A DNA stretch of 32,000 bases from Desulfotalea psychrophila LSv54 (GTDB lineage Bacteria; Desulfobacterota; Desulfobulbia; Desulfobulbales; Desulfocapsaceae): the NCBI RefSeq assembly GCF_000025945.1, contig NC_006138.1, forward strand, positions 2,490,001 to 2,522,000. Direction: 5' to 3'. Shown here piece by piece: positions 17,315 through 26,266 of this stretch. Position numbers and translations under genes: made by a program. Position 1 is the first letter of the stretch. Each line of letters starts with the position of its first letter. Under the pieces are notes generated by a model. That model was not told the origin of the DNA. It saw only the letters and a program-made list of their open reading frames with translations, and did no database searches.

Positions 17315-19058
17315 CTTCCCTCACCATGTTTTCCCGGAAATTGACAAGTTCTTTGGCAAGAGTATGATCGTTCAGGGCCAAAATTCGTAGGGCTAATACT
17401 GCCGCATTTTTTGCTCCTGATTTTCCTATACCCATGGTTGCAACGGGAATACCAGGAGGCATCTGTACCGTCGCCAGCAGTGCATCCATTCCCTGCAGGG
17501 ATGAGGCGTCAAGAGGAACGCCAATTACAGGCAGATCGGTATGAGATGCTAAAACTCCTGCAAGGTGAGCCGCCATGCCTGCTCCGGCAATAATCATTTT
17601 CAACCCACGTGCCGACGCAGTTTTGGCATATTCAGCTGCTCTCTCCGGAGTTCTATGCGCCGAGGCAACGGTCATTTCATAGGGAATGCCAACACTCTGT
17701 AAAAAATCACTGGCTGCCCTCATGGTTGGCAGATCCGAATCACTGCCCATGACAATACCGACAAGAGGCTTACTCGGCTTCGCCAGCTTTTTAGCCAGGG
17801 CCTTGCCACCTATATCTTTTCGATAAAAGCACTTATTCCAAGTAATACAGTCTGTTGCCTTATATGCCCTCTCCAGTGCCTGCTCAAGAGTTTTACCAAT
17901 GGAGGTAATACCTAATACTCGACCACCATTGCTAACAATAGCTTCACCCTCCTTCGCAGTTCCTGCATGGAACACTTCGACTCCATCCACCTTATCGGCT
18001 TGCTCAAAACCGGTAATAATATCACCACTGGCATATGCTCCGGGGTAACCACCGGAGGACATAACCACACAAACCGTGGGGCGTGGATCAATCTTCATCT
18101 CGACCCGATCAAGGGTACCATCTATGCATGCTTCAAAGATATCAATAATATCACTTTTAAGACGCATGAGAAGAGGCTGGGCCTCCGGATCACCAAATCG
18201 ACAGTTAAACTCAAGCACCTTAATATCATCGCCATCGATCATCAGGCCAGCATAGAGCATACCCTTATAGGGACGTCCCTCAGCGGCAAGTCCCTTAATC
18301 GTTGGTAGCATAACCTCTGTCATCACATATTCTGTAATTTCATCGGTCACTATTGGTGCCGGTGAATAGGCACCCATTCCGCCTGTATTGGGCCCCTTAT
18401 CCCCGTCATATGCGGCCTTGTGATCCTGAGAGGTAGGCAAGGGAAGAATTGTTTTCCCATCGGTAAAGGCGATAAAGGATGCCTCTTCACCCAAGAGACA
18501 ACTCTCCACGACAATACTATCACCAGCCTCACCAAAGGCCTTATCAAGCATAATTTCATCGACGGCTTTTTTGGCTTCCTCGATGGTCTTAGCAACCACA
18601 ACACCCTTACCTGCGGCAAGCCCATCTGCCTTTACTACAATGGGTGCACCCTGTTGCTCGATGTACTCTTTTGCCGCCTCTCGCTCGGTAAAGACACCAA
18701 AGGCTGCAGTCGGGATAGAATATTTTTGCAAAAAGTTTTTGGTAAAAACCTTACTTCCCTCAAGGATTGCGGCAGCCTGGCTGGGACCAAATATACGCAG
18801 GCCATTTTCTTCAAAAAGATCCACGATACCAGCAACCAAAGATGATTCTGGCCCTACAACGGTAAGATCAATTTTCTCTTTCTGGGCAAAATGAAGCAAA
18901 CCCTTTATATCGGTCGCTGAAATATTGACGCAGGTAGCAAGTTCTTCAATCCCTGCATTGCCAGGCGCACAAAAAACTTCCTCAACCTTCTGACTTTGCT
19001 TTATTTTCCACACAAGGGCATGCTCACGCCCACCAGAACCCACAACAAGAACCTTCAT
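17286..19058 (-). CDS. purD-purE: Bifunctional fusion: phosphoribosylamine-glycine ligase (PurD) + N5-carboxyaminoimidazole ribonucleotide mutase (PurE)
   Basis: N-terminal MKVLVVGSGGREHALVWKI...SYFEFNCRFGDPEAQP-type block (LEFNCRFGDPEAQPLLMRL), ending RKDIGGKALAKKLAKPSKPL, directly followed by VGIVMGSDSDLPTM...ASAHRTPERAAEYA...IIAGAGMAAHLAGVLAS...GVPL...MPPGIPVATMGIG. Start at 19058 preferred. Confidence 0.95.
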   Translation of the reverse strand: MKVLVVGSGGREHALVWKIKQSQKVEEVFCAPGNAGIEELATCVNISATDIKGLLHFAQKEKIDLTVVGPESSLVAGIVDLFEENGLRIFGPSQAAAILEGSKVFTKNFLQKYSIPTAAFGVFTEREAAKEYIEQQGAPIVVKADGLAAGKGVVVAKTIEEAKKAVDEIMLDKAFGEAGDSIVVESCLLGEEASFIAFTDGKTILPLPTSQDHKAAYDGDKGPNTGGMGAYSPAPIVTDEITEYVMTEVMLPTIKGLAAEGRPYKGMLYAGLMIDGDDIKVLEFNCRFGDPEAQPLLMRLKSDIIDIFEACIDGTLDRVEMKIDPRPTVCVVMSSGGYPGAYASGDIITGFEQADKVDGVEVFHAGTAKEGEAIVSNGGRVLGITSIGKTLEQALERAYKATDCITWNKCFYRKDIGGKALAKKLAKPSKPLVGIVMGSDSDLPTMRAASDFLQSVGIPYEMTVASAHRTPERAAEYAKTASARGLKMIIAGAGMAAHLAGVLASHTDLPVIGVPLDASSLQGMDALLATVQMPPGIPVATMGIGKSGAKNAAVLALRILALNDHTLAKELVNFRENMVREVEEKAKRIQ

Positions 19059-19142
19059 ACAAAAATCTCCACCTAAGGATTCAGAAAACAAACAAAACTT
19101 AAACCATCCACAGCCACGGACAGGCGATTAGACCATATCTCA

Positions 19143-19628
19143 TTAAGCGAAATCACCGGTTTTAATTTCAACTACTTCAAACTCTCTGGTACCACCGGGG
19201 GTCTTCGTTACAACCTCGTCGCCCTCTTCCTTACTCAGCATACTACGACCGATGGGAGAAAGTACAGAAATAGAGCCAGCCTTCACCTCCGACTCTTCAG
19301 GGCCTAACAACTGATAGGTGACTTCCTCATCGGTATCAAGATCGAGCAAGACAACAACGGTACCGAAAACCACTCGCTTACAGGAAACCTGCAGACAATC
19401 GATTACTTCAGCGCGACCGAGCTTATCTTTGAGATCCATGATGCGTGCTTCAATCATGCCCTGACGTTCTTTTGCTGCATGGTATTCAGCATTTTCCTTG
19501 AGATCGCCGTGCTCACGTGCCACCTCTATCGCCTTGACAACATCGAGACGTTCTACCCGCGTAAGACGCAAGAGTTCTTCTTTAAGCTTCTTATTTCCCC
19601 GTACAGACATAGGGATACGATCGATCAT
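19143..19628 (-). CDS. greA: Transcription elongation factor GreA
   Basis: AIEVAREHGDLKENAEYHAAKERQGMIEARI...LSPIGRSMLSKEEGDEVVTKTPGG; GGAGG upstream. Confidence 0.97.
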   Translation of the reverse strand: MIDRIPMSVRGNKKLKEELLRLTRVERLDVVKAIEVAREHGDLKENAEYHAAKERQGMIEARIMDLKDKLGRAEVIDCLQVSCKRVVFGTVVVLLDLDTDEEVTYQLLGPEESEVKAGSISVLSPIGRSMLSKEEGDEVVTKTPGGTREFEVVEIKTGDFA

Positions 19629-19641
19629 TACCTGCCTCCAT

Positions 19642-19690
19642 AAAAAAAAATTCCTGTTAGAATGTGTTTATTACACACTCCACACAGGAA
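19642..19690 (-). terminator. Terminator downstream of the TPR/barrel gene, immediately upstream of greA
   Basis: Minus strand: TTCCTGTGTGGAGTGTGTAATAAACACATTCTAACAGGAA followed by T9. Confidence 0.8.
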
Positions 19691-19740
19691 GAGAGTTTAA
19701 TACAAAACTCAGTTGTTTAAAATAAAATTATTACATAGCT

Positions 19741-22700
19741 CTACCAACGATAACTAATACCTATTCGAGCTTGACTCTCATTATAATCATCGCTTCGTGT
19801 ATATAGAAGAGTACCATTTAATAGAAAATGTTGATTCATTTCAAGGAAAATATCAAATTTTCCCGTATAAGTAATATTTTGATCGTCTTCAAAACCCACG
19901 GCACCACCAAGGGAATAAAAACTTTCTAACTCATCCTCCTCCCCGGAGTTGTTAAACTGATGCTGAAAATAAAGAGACAATTTATGTTCTCTATAGTCCT
20001 CTGGACTCCAATAGGGGAGCTCAGGATTTACCTCATCTCCTGCAAAATATAAAAAGTCATATTGAAAATTTAACTGGGTTGTATCTCCGAATATATTATA
20101 AAAAAACCAGGGATGAAATTTTGTTTGCTTATTACCATCGGTCAAAAAACTCTGGGTATAGTCGAGGCCAAGGTCAAAACCCACCGGTGTTTCCAGAACA
20201 ATCCCTGCGCCAATATCATCGGCAAAGATCTCGCCATCAACTGCAACGATGGTATCATCAACCCGTCTTCGTCTGATCTCAACATAGGAGCGGAGTTGAT
20301 CTAAAAGGCGATAGTTCAACTGAGCCAAACCCGAAATCTCCACCCTACCATCACTGTTCAGATGTTCACCGCCAAGCCTGATAGCCAGGGAGATATCATC
20401 TGTAAAATCAATACCGGCACCAGCACCAAGGTACTGGCCAAAACTATCCTGATCAGCACCATTATAATCCGTAGCCCGATAATCAAAATAGAACTCTTGC
20501 TGAGGCGTTGGCAACAGACTTGCTCGCAGGCTAGAGACATATTTTCTCATATTAATAGCGCCTTCTCGTCCTTGACGATTATCCATCCCTGTTTCCAGAC
20601 GAAGCTGTGGGCGTCGTTGCTCTCTGTTTAGGGCAATAGATTCATCCAGATCAGGAAGAGTTCGACCTGCCTCCTGGACAGACTGATAAATCTGGGCCTC
20701 CTTATTATACTGGCCAAGACGCTTATATATAGGGGCAAGATCAATTATCGCCTCTGAACTTGCCTCTTCACTAAAGAGCTTTCTATAGTTTCTCTCGGCA
20801 AGGAGTAATTTCTTTTGATGGGCCGCGTTACGAGCTTCGTACTCCCTGCTGATTAATCTATGCCACCTGTAGGTAGGATAAAGGCGAACAATCAGATCTG
20901 CCTCTGGGGTTCCCAAATGGGCAATCAGATAATCTGGAGACATGGACTGTTCAAATATATTATTTTCTTGATAAAATAGTTGAACAATACCCTGCCAGTA
21001 GGTATCCGAATCTTTCTCTGTTGAACCAAGACTCTTCAACTCGCTCAAATTAAAGAATAGCTGGTCTATCAATTCTTTATAGAGGGAAAGAGATATTTCT
21101 TTGCTTCCACTCAGCCATAATGCCCGCGCTATCCGCAAGGATTTTTGGGTAGTGGGGGAAGAGTTCACTGAAAGTTGTATTTTTTGGGCAAAGTCTGTAA
21201 CAGTTTCGACACCCAACAGTTGCCTTATCTCCTCTTTGCTCCGGCCAAGGCGTCCGGTAACATCAGCTAAACGTCCACGATAAAATTCTTCATCGGGAAA
21301 TTCCTTTAACAGCAACAGGTACTGCTGTGATGCTTCTTTAAATTTGCCAAGGGCAAAGAGACAATCGCCAAGAGATTTTTTAATAAAAACTCTGTCATCA
21401 AGCTTGCTATCCAGCAGTTTAAAATACCTGAGAGATATTTCGTAATTTCGATCTCGATATGCTTGCTCAGCAAGCGCAAAGAGCGATGAAATGGATGCGC
21501 TTTTGAACTTATCGTCCGCCGGTTCCTGAAGCCTTGAAATAATTTCGGAGGAAAGTTCCTCCTTGGAAAAAAATTCCAGACACTGTTCATCCTTCCCCTG
21601 CCCTAACCAAGTTATACACAGGGAATTTTTCAGGCGTTTCTTTAAACTTGCAAAGGGAGAAGCAGACTTTGTCTTTTCCAAAAAGTGAAGCCTGTTACTT
21701 AAGACAAGCTCAGCAATATCATAACGTCCCTCTGCCCAAAGTATCTGAACCCGCAGAAGCGCCAGTTCTGTTTCTATCAGTTGAAGATTTACACTTTCTA
21801 ACTGATCAGCCTGAACTGTTAAGTAGCTGAGCCATTTTCTGGCATTGTCAAAATGAGAGAGTTGCAAATCTAACTTAACCAGAGCCTTTATGGCAGCAAG
21901 GGGAAAGACGGATCGGCCTAATTGTTGGCGTAAGATTCGTTCGGAATCAAAGACAAATCCCTCCTGACGTAATATTTCCGCTCGACAGAGCTGAACCCTG
22001 TCGTCAAGATCTGAGCTGACCAAGCTATCTGCCCTCTTCAGGAGGTCTTCTGTCCGAGAGAAGAGACCACTGCTTGCATAAATTCGAGCAACAGTTAAGA
22101 GAAGAGATATATCCGAGTAGATCAATTCTCGAGCCTCAGTAACGGCAAGAATATGAGTAATATCATCCAGCCTGCCAAATTTCTCCGCACCCTTCAGTAA
22201 AACAGTAAGGGAGGCTCTCTCAGGTGTCTCTAAAAAGAAAAGGGAATAAGAAGAGAGATATGCCTCAAACTTGAGTGCCATATTCTGTTCCATTTCTCTC
22301 CGAAACAGATAATAGGCCTGATCTCTAGCCTTTACCGGGACAAAATCCATATAGATTAAACTCTTCTTGTCTTCACCAAGAGCAGAGTAGATACGAGCTA
22401 TAGCAATGATATTGCTATCATTTTTTGGTCTACCAAGGCTGGCAAGAAGTTTTAACGCCTTTTTCTTTTCTCCACCCTGCCCAAGCTGGTTAGCCATCTT
22501 TATGTAAATTTTTTCAGGAGAAGAGGTCAGGGCAGAGAGATCCTCCCTGAGCTGCTCACCCCCAACACCTCTTGCTATAAATTCCCGGGCAAGAAGGCCT
22601 TGCAGGCGGGCCACCTGGCCTTGAATTTCTTGATCTTTAGGATATTTTTGTAAATATTTTTCGTAGTAGGCAAGAGCCTTATCGGGTCTCTTCAGAGTGT

Positions 22701-23580
22701 TTTCGTATATTCTGGCAACAGAGAGCCAATGCTGAACGTCACGTCCCTCTGTCAGCTTACGAAGATGGGGCAAGGCTCTCTTTCCGTCACCTGCATTCAG
22801 GTAAACATCGGCAAGTTCCCTGTGCACCTCCAAATCGTAGGGGTATATCTGCAGGTAATACTCCTGCAGGGCATGAGAAAAGGAGTGATAATTTTCATCT
22901 TTTATAAAAACAGCACTTGCCTGTAGAGCAAACCTTGCAGGTAAGCCTTTTTGTTCCATAAGAATATTAAAATATTTTTCTGCCTCGGCAAACAACTCCC
23001 TATTAAGACAAATTTGGGCAAGAGTTTTCACTGTCTCTAAGTCATCAGGGCTTCTTGCAAAAACTTGACGTAATAAAGAGAGAGCGGCATCGACCTTGCC
23101 CTCCTGCAAAAAAATCTCGGCCATTTTTTTTGCCGCAAGTAACCCTGGTTTAGTAAGAGGAACCTTGGCAAAGACCTTTTGAAAAAGCTGAATTGCCTCT
23201 CCATATTTTTTTTGTTTTAAGGCAAGACGACCGGCAAAAAGCTGATATTCCGGACTCTGACTATCCACCTCCAGAAGAGTAGAGAGAAGGGTAGCACTTC
23301 CGGAGAAATCATCTTGAGCAAAGAGCAGTTGACAGTATTCCCAACGAATTACCGTAGCACTAGGACGTTGCTCCATCAGTCCCCTATAAACCTCATTTGC
23401 CTTTTTGTAATTTCCGTCCCTAACCAGCGTGCGAGCCCTATTCCAATCCTCCTTCCAGGCAGGGGGGGCGGGCAAAACAATAACAATATCATGTTCAGGC
23501 ACAATGGGAGTCGCAAAAAGAGAGGTTGCGGAAAGAAAAATTGTAAGAACAGTAAATATATAAATAAATCGTGTACTCAC
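19741..23580 (-). CDS. Large secreted TPR-repeat protein with C-terminal outer-membrane beta-barrel (BcsC/PelB-like architecture)
   Basis: Signal peptide (FIYIFTVLTIFLSATSLFATP), many degenerate TPR units over about 900 aa. The C-terminal ~300 aa have alternating amphipathic strands (RPQLRLETGMDNRQG, LRASLLPTPQQEFYFDYRATDY, YVEIRRRRVDDTIVAVDGEIF, ...ARIGISYRW). GTG start at 23580. Confidence 0.8.
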   Translation of the reverse strand: MSTRFIYIFTVLTIFLSATSLFATPIVPEHDIVIVLPAPPAWKEDWNRARTLVRDGNYKKANEVYRGLMEQRPSATVIRWEYCQLLFAQDDFSGSATLLSTLLEVDSQSPEYQLFAGRLALKQKKYGEAIQLFQKVFAKVPLTKPGLLAAKKMAEIFLQEGKVDAALSLLRQVFARSPDDLETVKTLAQICLNRELFAEAEKYFNILMEQKGLPARFALQASAVFIKDENYHSFSHALQEYYLQIYPYDLEVHRELADVYLNAGDGKRALPHLRKLTEGRDVQHWLSVARIYENTLKRPDKALAYYEKYLQKYPKDQEIQGQVARLQGLLAREFIARGVGGEQLREDLSALTSSPEKIYIKMANQLGQGGEKKKALKLLASLGRPKNDSNIIAIARIYSALGEDKKSLIYMDFVPVKARDQAYYLFRREMEQNMALKFEAYLSSYSLFFLETPERASLTVLLKGAEKFGRLDDITHILAVTEARELIYSDISLLLTVARIYASSGLFSRTEDLLKRADSLVSSDLDDRVQLCRAEILRQEGFVFDSERILRQQLGRSVFPLAAIKALVKLDLQLSHFDNARKWLSYLTVQADQLESVNLQLIETELALLRVQILWAEGRYDIAELVLSNRLHFLEKTKSASPFASLKKRLKNSLCITWLGQGKDEQCLEFFSKEELSSEIISRLQEPADDKFKSASISSLFALAEQAYRDRNYEISLRYFKLLDSKLDDRVFIKKSLGDCLFALGKFKEASQQYLLLLKEFPDEEFYRGRLADVTGRLGRSKEEIRQLLGVETVTDFAQKIQLSVNSSPTTQKSLRIARALWLSGSKEISLSLYKELIDQLFFNLSELKSLGSTEKDSDTYWQGIVQLFYQENNIFEQSMSPDYLIAHLGTPEADLIVRLYPTYRWHRLISREYEARNAAHQKKLLLAERNYRKLFSEEASSEAIIDLAPIYKRLGQYNKEAQIYQSVQEAGRTLPDLDESIALNREQRRPQLRLETGMDNRQGREGAINMRKYVSSLRASLLPTPQQEFYFDYRATDYNGADQDSFGQYLGAGAGIDFTDDISLAIRLGGEHLNSDGRVEISGLAQLNYRLLDQLRSYVEIRRRRVDDTIVAVDGEIFADDIGAGIVLETPVGFDLGLDYTQSFLTDGNKQTKFHPWFFYNIFGDTTQLNFQYDFLYFAGDEVNPELPYWSPEDYREHKLSLYFQHQFNNSGEEDELESFYSLGGAVGFEDDQNITYTGKFDIFLEMNQHFLLNGTLLYTRSDDYNESQARIGISYRW

Positions 23581-23653
23581 AATAATTTTTCAAAGGGGGA
23601 AAATTTACGGTTGTACTTTCCCGAGCCAAGGGGCAAAGTTACGGCCCAGAAAA

Positions 23654-23694
23654 GTGTAATAACATAAGTATATTTCATACTTATGTTATTACAC
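23654..23694 (-). terminator. Perfect AU-rich hairpin between the DegT-family gene and the TPR/barrel gene
   Basis: GTGTAATAACATAAGTAT (23654-23671), 5-nt loop, ATACTTATGTTATTACAC (23677-23694): 18 bp perfect; TTTT follows on the minus strand. Confidence 0.6.
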
Positions 23695-23722
23695 AAGGGT
23701 AGCTTGAAAAATATCTAAATAT

Positions 23723-24910
23723 TTAGCAATCTTTGCTGTAAAACTCAGCTATTTTATCTACCACATACTGCTGCATGGGGGCAGTAAGTTCAGCATAAAT
23801 TGGCAGGGCAATGGTTGTATCGGCGGCCTTTTCAGCCTCTGGATAGGAAAGGCCATGGCTATAGGCCCCCAAACACTCCTGCTTATGCAGAGGTACCGGA
23901 TAATAGACTTCACAACCTACACCCTCCGCGAGCAAGAAGTCACGCAATTCATCGCGTTTCTCTACCCGTAAAATAAACTGGTTATAAATATGAAAACGAC
24001 CGGCAATCTCTCCTTCAAACTCCTGATAAACCCGCTTGGGCAAGACCACCTTAGCCTCATCTAGCAATGAGGTGCGGGCAAACATCTCCGCATAACTATC
24101 GGCATTTTCGCGACGGCCATCATGCCAACTATTAAGATGAGGTAGCTTTACTCGCAGAGCGGTCGCCTGAATAGGATCAAGACGAAAATTACCGCCCACA
24201 CTTGGATGATAATACTTAGGATTCATCCCATGATTACGCATCAAGGCAAGATGATCGGCAAATTTTTCGTCGGTAGTTACAACCATACCGCCATCGCCAA
24301 TACCACCAAGGTTCTTACTGGGAAAAAAGGAAAAACAACCACATGTGCCTAGAGCACCAGCTTTCTTAACCTCTACACTGCCATCGGCATGAACAAGGGG
24401 ATACTCTGCGCCAATGGCCTGAGCGGCATCTTCAACCACGGGAATATTGTACTGCTCGGCAAGCTTGTTGATGGCCTTCATATCAGCACACTGTCCATAG
24501 AGATGGACCGGAATGATGGCCTTAATCTTATGATCAACATCAGCCGCCAAGACCTCTGCCATCTTCTCCGGATCAATATTATAACTCTCTAAATCAATAT
24601 CAGCAAAAACAGGTTTTGCCCCGACGCGTAAAATAACGCCCATGGTCGCGAAAAAAGAGTATGGGGTGGTAAGAACATAATCCCCCTGTCCTATTCCAAG
24701 ACTCATCAAACTAACCAAAAGGGCATCGGTACCACTGCTTACCCCGACACCACGGGCAACGCCACTATACTCAGCAATTTCCTGTTCAAGACCTTCTACC
24801 TCCGGTCCTTGAATATAACGGGTAGAGCGAACAACATTTACCACCGCCTCAACCATCTCATCTTCAATCGTAGCCAATTGGGCTCGCAAATCAAGCAAAG
24901 GTACTTTCAT
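23723..24910 (-). CDS. DegT/DnrJ/EryC1/StrS family PLP-dependent aminotransferase
   Basis: GVSSGTDALLVSLMSLGIGQGDYVLTTPYSFFATMGVI, AAQAIGAEY, CFSFFPSKNLGGIGDGGMV (PLP Lys), HLYGQCADM. Confidence 0.93.
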   Translation of the reverse strand: MKVPLLDLRAQLATIEDEMVEAVVNVVRSTRYIQGPEVEGLEQEIAEYSGVARGVGVSSGTDALLVSLMSLGIGQGDYVLTTPYSFFATMGVILRVGAKPVFADIDLESYNIDPEKMAEVLAADVDHKIKAIIPVHLYGQCADMKAINKLAEQYNIPVVEDAAQAIGAEYPLVHADGSVEVKKAGALGTCGCFSFFPSKNLGGIGDGGMVVTTDEKFADHLALMRNHGMNPKYYHPSVGGNFRLDPIQATALRVKLPHLNSWHDGRRENADSYAEMFARTSLLDEAKVVLPKRVYQEFEGEIAGRFHIYNQFILRVEKRDELRDFLLAEGVGCEVYYPVPLHKQECLGAYSHGLSYPEAEKAADTTIALPIYAELTAPMQQYVVDKIAEFYSKDC

Positions 24911-24961
24911 GACATCCTATCATCTTTTAAATTTATATAATCAGGCGCAGAAGACACCGTA

Positions 24962-25960
24962 CTATTTTGACTGAATAACAATCTTTTCACCATCAAAATA
25001 GTCAATAATATCTGGCATTTCTGCTTCGAAATACTTCTTCATCTTTTTTAATAGGTTCACTTCAATTTGACGAACCCTCTCACGAGAAATGCCAAATTTA
25101 TCGGCAATATTTTGCAGGGTTAGAGGTTCATCGGTCAGCAGACGTTTCTCTAAAATCATCCGCTCTTTGTCGTTAAGGTTGACCTTGAGCACATCGATCA
25201 GCTCGGTAAGCTTAACCTTTATCTCCTTGCCAGCAACAACCGACTCAATGCCCGGGCCATTACTTGGCAGAAAACTCTTCTGCTCATCGTCTGAATCAGA
25301 GCGAACAGGACTCTCCAGAGAGACGTCCCAGTTATCCATTCTCTGTCCCATCTCAATGACCTCTTTTTCCCGAACGTTAAGACGCTCAGCCAGAAGCTTG
25401 GGTTTTGGATCAAAGCCTTGGGACTCCAGAAGTTTTTTTTCTTTATTAAGACTAAAAAACAACTTACGCTGAGCCTGGGTCGTACCAATTTTAACAAGAC
25501 GCCAGTTATCCATAATAAACTTAAGGACATAGGCGCGAATCCAGTAGGCAGCGTAATAGGAAAACTTTACACCCCGATATGGATCAAACTTTTTTGTTGC
25601 CTGGACAAGGCCAACATTACCCTCTTGAATGAGATCCATAAAATTCTGCATCCAATATTTCTGAAAATCCATCGCCACCTTCACCACCAGACGCAGATTA
25701 GAAGAGACAAGGGTATAAGCAGCATCTTGGTCACCTGATTCTTTATACCTTGTCGCTAACGCATCGGTTTCTTCACGGGTCAGCAGCTCATATTGACTTA
25801 TTTCCTGTAAATATCTGTGTAAGGCAGGATTGCTCACTGCCGGTAAATTTTCGTTATCAGAAATTGCCACCAGAGGGTTCTCAAAAGCTACCGGCACAGC
25901 TTTGTCTTCAGTCGGTAGCACTTCCAGTGGAGATGTTTCAGGTACACTTTTTTTTGCCAT
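24962..25960 (-). CDS. rpoH: RNA polymerase sigma factor RpoH (sigma-32 family)
   Basis: LVSSNLRLVVKVAMDFQKYWMQNFMDLIQEGNVGLVQATKKFDPYRGVKFSYYAAYWIRAYVLKFIMDNWRLVKIGTTQAQRKLFF (RpoH box), region 4.2 TLQNIADKFGISRERVRQIE. Confidence 0.92.
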   Translation of the reverse strand: MAKKSVPETSPLEVLPTEDKAVPVAFENPLVAISDNENLPAVSNPALHRYLQEISQYELLTREETDALATRYKESGDQDAAYTLVSSNLRLVVKVAMDFQKYWMQNFMDLIQEGNVGLVQATKKFDPYRGVKFSYYAAYWIRAYVLKFIMDNWRLVKIGTTQAQRKLFFSLNKEKKLLESQGFDPKPKLLAERLNVREKEVIEMGQRMDNWDVSLESPVRSDSDDEQKSFLPSNGPGIESVVAGKEIKVKLTELIDVLKVNLNDKERMILEKRLLTDEPLTLQNIADKFGISRERVRQIEVNLLKKMKKYFEAEMPDIIDYFDGEKIVIQSK

Positions 25961-26266
25961 ATTATTTCTTGCTCCACAAAGGAAACTATAAAAAAAGACT
26001 TGTAAAATACCGCACCATATGCAAAGTGCAATACAAATATGAGGAAAAGAGGTACTCTAATAAGAGTACCCTTACTCATTCACATTAAAGCCTTAACTCT
26101 TCAACCAATTATAAACAGTAGAATTCTACCCTTCAAGGTCACTTACTATTCTAACACAGCGCTCTGATCGGTAAAAATTCTATTTTATTATTGCTCTTTT
26201 TATGATAAAAATTGCCATTTCTAATCTAGCGTAATCACCTGAGAACAAAGTATACCCCATAATAAT

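Noticed and set aside
18420-18845. 141-aa plus-strand ORF
   Set aside because: Antisense to the PurD domain of the fusion.
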